DNA from: the human T2T-CHM13v2.0 reference genome, Homo sapiens
Reading direction: 5' to 3' (one strand)
DNA length: 64,000 nucleotides
Assembly (NCBI RefSeq): GCF_009914755.1
Contig: NC_060943.1
This document shows positions 60,351-64,000 of this stretch, piece by piece (within the stretch, counting starts at the first letter, position 1; each line of letters begins with the position of its first letter). Made by a program: the position numbers and the translations under genes. Under the pieces are notes generated by a model. That model was not told the origin of the DNA, did no database searches, and worked only from the letters and a program-made list of their open reading frames with translations.

Positions 60351-60849
60351 GAGGATAAAGCAAGCTTCCCTTTTATCCCAGGAGCGCTCCTGAGCTGCTG
60401 CTGCACAGAGACCACCAGGAAGATCCCCCCCATAATCGCCGGCTTTGAGGACTGACTGCAGTCTGAAGGGTATCATTCCGAGACCCGCAAGCCAGAGCTG
60501 AGACCAGGCTCCTCTTCTTCCCAGCCTCGATGCTGTAGACAGTCATTCCTAACGGGAATACAGACGCAACTTCCATCCGCATCAATGGCTGGGGCTTGTC
60601 CACAAGGAGATCCCAGCCGGGGCAGAGCGAAGGCCTCTCCACCCTGGGATGGAGACCCAGTTTCGTGTCCACAAGCTCCATTGGCAGCGGCCTTGGCCGC
60701 GTATCCCGAGCAAGGAGGGTAGCTCCACTTCGTGATCTTTGCTTAAACATTTTCAGAGGCCAACACTCGCTGTCTGTCCCCAGGGCTAGAGAATTGCCTG
60801 CTAAAGGTATTTAGGAAAGAAAATGGAATCTGACATGTTTGAGTGATTT

Positions 60850-61225
60850 AGTAAGGGCCACATACCTTCCGAGGTGCTTGACATCCATTATCCCACTTAA
60901 TCTCCTCCTACCCTATTTATCGTCATTTAGGGTCAGGGAATCGAAGCTCAGAGAAATGAGCAGGCCCAGTGCCCCATGGCCTGCAGGAGCCTGGAACAGG
61001 GAAGTAAGTAGGCAGGGGAGGTCTCTGCTTCCTGAGAGACAGTGGTTGCAGAAGCTCTAGGATCAGACTCCCTGAGCTGGAATCTGGCTGTGCTTCTCTC
61101 TTGCTCTGTGATCTTGGACATTGCTTCCTGTCTCTCAGCCTCTATTTAATCGTTTCTAAAACAAAAATAAGTACACAAGACCATGATGTGGGCTCGGTAT
61201 TTGTGAGTAATTTTGATTGCTGTAG
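60850..61225. mobile_element. Head-to-head MIR fragments
   Basis: Antisense (cattatcccacttaatctcc...gaagctcagaga) then sense (gatcagactccctg..gaatctggctgtgc...tgtgatcttggaca). Confidence 0.6.
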
Positions 61226-62219
61226 TCGTTGTGGTTAAGGGACCATCAGCAGTTATCCTTCTTGGAATCCCGGTACCTAGGAGGGGGAAGGAGCACAGGA
61301 TTGCTCCAGCCTCAGTCATGTGAAAAGGGAGTGCCTCCCACACCCTCCCCACAGCCCACCACGCCTGTCATGTCTAGACAACCAGACAGATGCTCGGGCC
61401 TGAAGGGTGACAAATCCACTCACAAGATACAGCTTGCTAAGTGGCAGTGGCCTTTTATTCTCTGACATCTTTCCAGACCCTTGAAGGGATTAGAACTGGA
61501 TTAGTTTGAGATGAGCCTGGCTCTGCCGTTATCACCTGTTTATAGGATAATGACATTATCTAGTTTGGCCCGTAAGGGCCTCCATACGTAGGAGCTTCGT
61601 TCTCTTTGATCTGGAGGGTCGCAGACAACATATCTTTAAATCTAAACAAACTCACTGAAGCCCAAGATAAGTGTTCAAAATACCCAGTGAGAAGAAAGGA
61701 GCCTCTCTTTTCCCTTCCTGCCCAATGCAAAGAGCAATTTTAAAATTGTGTGCACTCACACGATTTTAAAACCTAAAACTCATCCTGCCACTTTGGACCC
61801 TAGCTTCCTTGCGTCTCCTTTCACGTGTGCACAGAATTCTGAAGTTTGTAGAGCTTTTTCAACCCATCTCAACTTATATGGTGAGCACAGCCGTCTGAGC
61901 AGAGCAGGGTGAGCTCAATACACATGATACAGGCTGGGACACAAAACACAAGGCTCAGGGAAGACAAGGAGTTTGGCAACCCTCATGTCTTTTTTAAGAG
62001 AGGAGCTGTGGTTAAACCCAGCTCATCTGGAAAAACCCAGCACTCATTTCACTGCCTGAAGCCATCTATGAACCGACCTCTCTGCCCAGACAGCTTTCTT
62101 TAAAGAGGATCCTCATTACCCTTCACAGAAAACATCTGTTTAGACAGATGTTCCAGGAGGTCCTTGGCCCAAGTCCACTTTCTTGTCCCAAGGCTTCCCT
62201 AACGTCCATCATCCCTGTT

Positions 62220-63930
62220 TAAAAATTATTTTTATTGAAGTATAATTTACATGCAATATAGGCAATCTGCTTTAAGTGTACTGACCTTTTGTTAAGTTTT
62301 GGAAAATGTGTACCTTTGTGGAAATGATGCAGGACAGGAAAGACCCAAAACTAGGGCTTAGCCTGGGAAGTTTCTTGGTTTTGCCCAGGAAAGAATTCAA
62401 GGGGGAGCCGGTGGTATTAGACAGCAGCTTCTATTGAAAAGGCCATGCACAGCAGCAGAGGGACTGCTCCTTGCAAAGCAGGGCCACCCTACAGACTGTG
62501 TGCCTGGACATGCAGCTCAGAGGCACCTCTGCAGACATATTTATACCCACTTTTAATTACATGCAAATTAAGTGGCAGATTATGCAGAAATTTCTAGGAA
62601 AAGGGTGGCAACTTCCAGGTCACTGGGTCATTGCCATGGAAAGGGGCAGGGTGTTGCCATGGAGTGTGGCCATGGCAATGGCAAACTGACATGGCACAAT
62701 GGTAGGCATGTCTCAAGGAAAGCTGCTTCCACTCCACCCCTGTTTCAGCTATTTCTCAATTTGGTCCAGTGTTCAAGCCCAACCTTTGGAGTCGAGTCCC
62801 ACCTCCTACCTCAGAACCACCACCATAATCAGGATTTAGAATGCATCACCCCAAAATGTTTCTTCATGTCCCTGGCCCCTTGCTTTCAATCTCCTACAGC
62901 TCCTAGTGAGTATTGATAGTTCAGTCACTATAGTTTTTCTTTTTCTAGAAATTCGCCTAAGTGGAATTATATAATATGTACCAGCTTCTTTCTTATATCT
63001 GGCTTCTTTTACTTGGCATGCTGTTTTTGAGAGTTAGGCATTTTGTTGTGTGTTTGATTAGTTTGATTTTTGTAGTGTGTTTGATTTGCTGTGTGTTTTT
63101 CTTTATATTGCAGAGTAGTATTCCACTGTATGTATATACCATAAAATGATTTATCGATGCTCCAGTTTTAGACATGCAAGTAGTTTCCAGCTTAAGGCCA
63201 TTCTGAATAACGCTGCTATGGACATTTAGGTACAAGTTTTTGTGTTAATATGTTCTCACTTATCTTGGACAAATATCTAGGAGTGAGATTTTGGCCCATA
63301 TGATAAATAGATATTTACATTATAAGAAACTTTCTATTTTTTAAAGTGGCTGTATTCCTGCCAGTAATGTTTAACATTCCAATTGCTCCACATCCTCACC
63401 AACACTTGGTATTGTCAGTCTTTCTAATTTTACCATTCTTGTGTATGTACAGTAGTGTCTTGTTGTGGTAGTATTTGCATTTCCTTAGAAACTAATGATG
63501 TTGAGCATTTGTTCATGTCCTTAATTGACATTCATAATATTTTCTTTGGTGAAAGGCCAGTTCAAATCTTTTGCCCATTTAGATTGATTATCTTCTTATA
63601 TTTGAGTTGTGCCAGTTCCTTATATATTCTGGGTGTATCTCCTTTTTCAGATATTTCTAGCAAATATATTCTCATAGTTTGTGGCTTTTCATTTTCTTAG
63701 ACATGTCTTTCAAAGACTAAAAGTTCTAATTTTGATAAGTCATTTATTCATTTTTTCTTTTATGGTTTGTGTTTTTTGTGTCTTATGTAAGCAATTTTTA
63801 CTTAGGCCAAGATCACAGGGTTTTCTTTTCTATTTTCCTCTAGAAGTGTTAATTTTTATGTATAATGTGAGCTAAGAAATGAGGTTTATATTTTCCATGT
63901 GCATATATTGTTATTTCAGCATGTTACACC
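62220..63930 (-). mobile_element. L1MB/L1ME-type 3' end and ORF2, interrupted by an LTR
   Basis: ttattgaagtataatttaca, tttaagtgtac, gagtagtattccact, ttgctccacatcctcaccaacacttggtattgtcag. Confidence 0.85.
62325..62813 (-). mobile_element. ERV1 MER4-group solo LTR (MER66-like)
   Basis: TG...CA termini, 489 bp; antisense start tgaggtaggaggtgggactcgactcc; 4-bp TSD-like gaaa/gaac. Confidence 0.75.
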
Positions 63931-64000
63931 TCTCAATGTATATAAGTCTTTTCTATTTTATCTCAGTAATAATTTGTAGTTTTCAGAATATGCCTCTCAC

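Overview
Primate (human-like) non-coding genomic DNA. I can support no protein-coding gene, RNA gene or CRISPR array. The long ORFs on the track come from tandem repeats, and many short ones from Alu, L1 or MaLR sequence. The left ~41 kb is dense with retroelements: AluJ/S/Y, FAM and FLAM monomers, old L1M and L1PB/L1MA fragments, MLT1/MLT2/MST/THE1 LTRs (including a full-length THE1 provirus nested in a full-length MST provirus), MER58/MER44 DNA-transposon fossils and two large microsatellite-derived arrays. The right part (~42-62 kb) is much poorer in repeats. It holds several AT-rich, homeobox/TALE/POU-motif-rich blocks that resemble the conserved non-coding enhancers found around developmental transcription-factor genes, plus a 66-bp VNTR, a 34-bp minisatellite and a ~200-bp local duplication. 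I found no convincing new biological system. The best leads are unusual retrotransposition products (a candidate Alu 3' transduction, an Alu with an inverted left arm, reuse of one target site), an L1-born palindromic AT-rich minisatellite and the putative enhancer cluster. Subfamily names are from recalled consensus diagnostics and need RepeatMasker/Dfam confirmation. The locus cannot be identified without a genome search.
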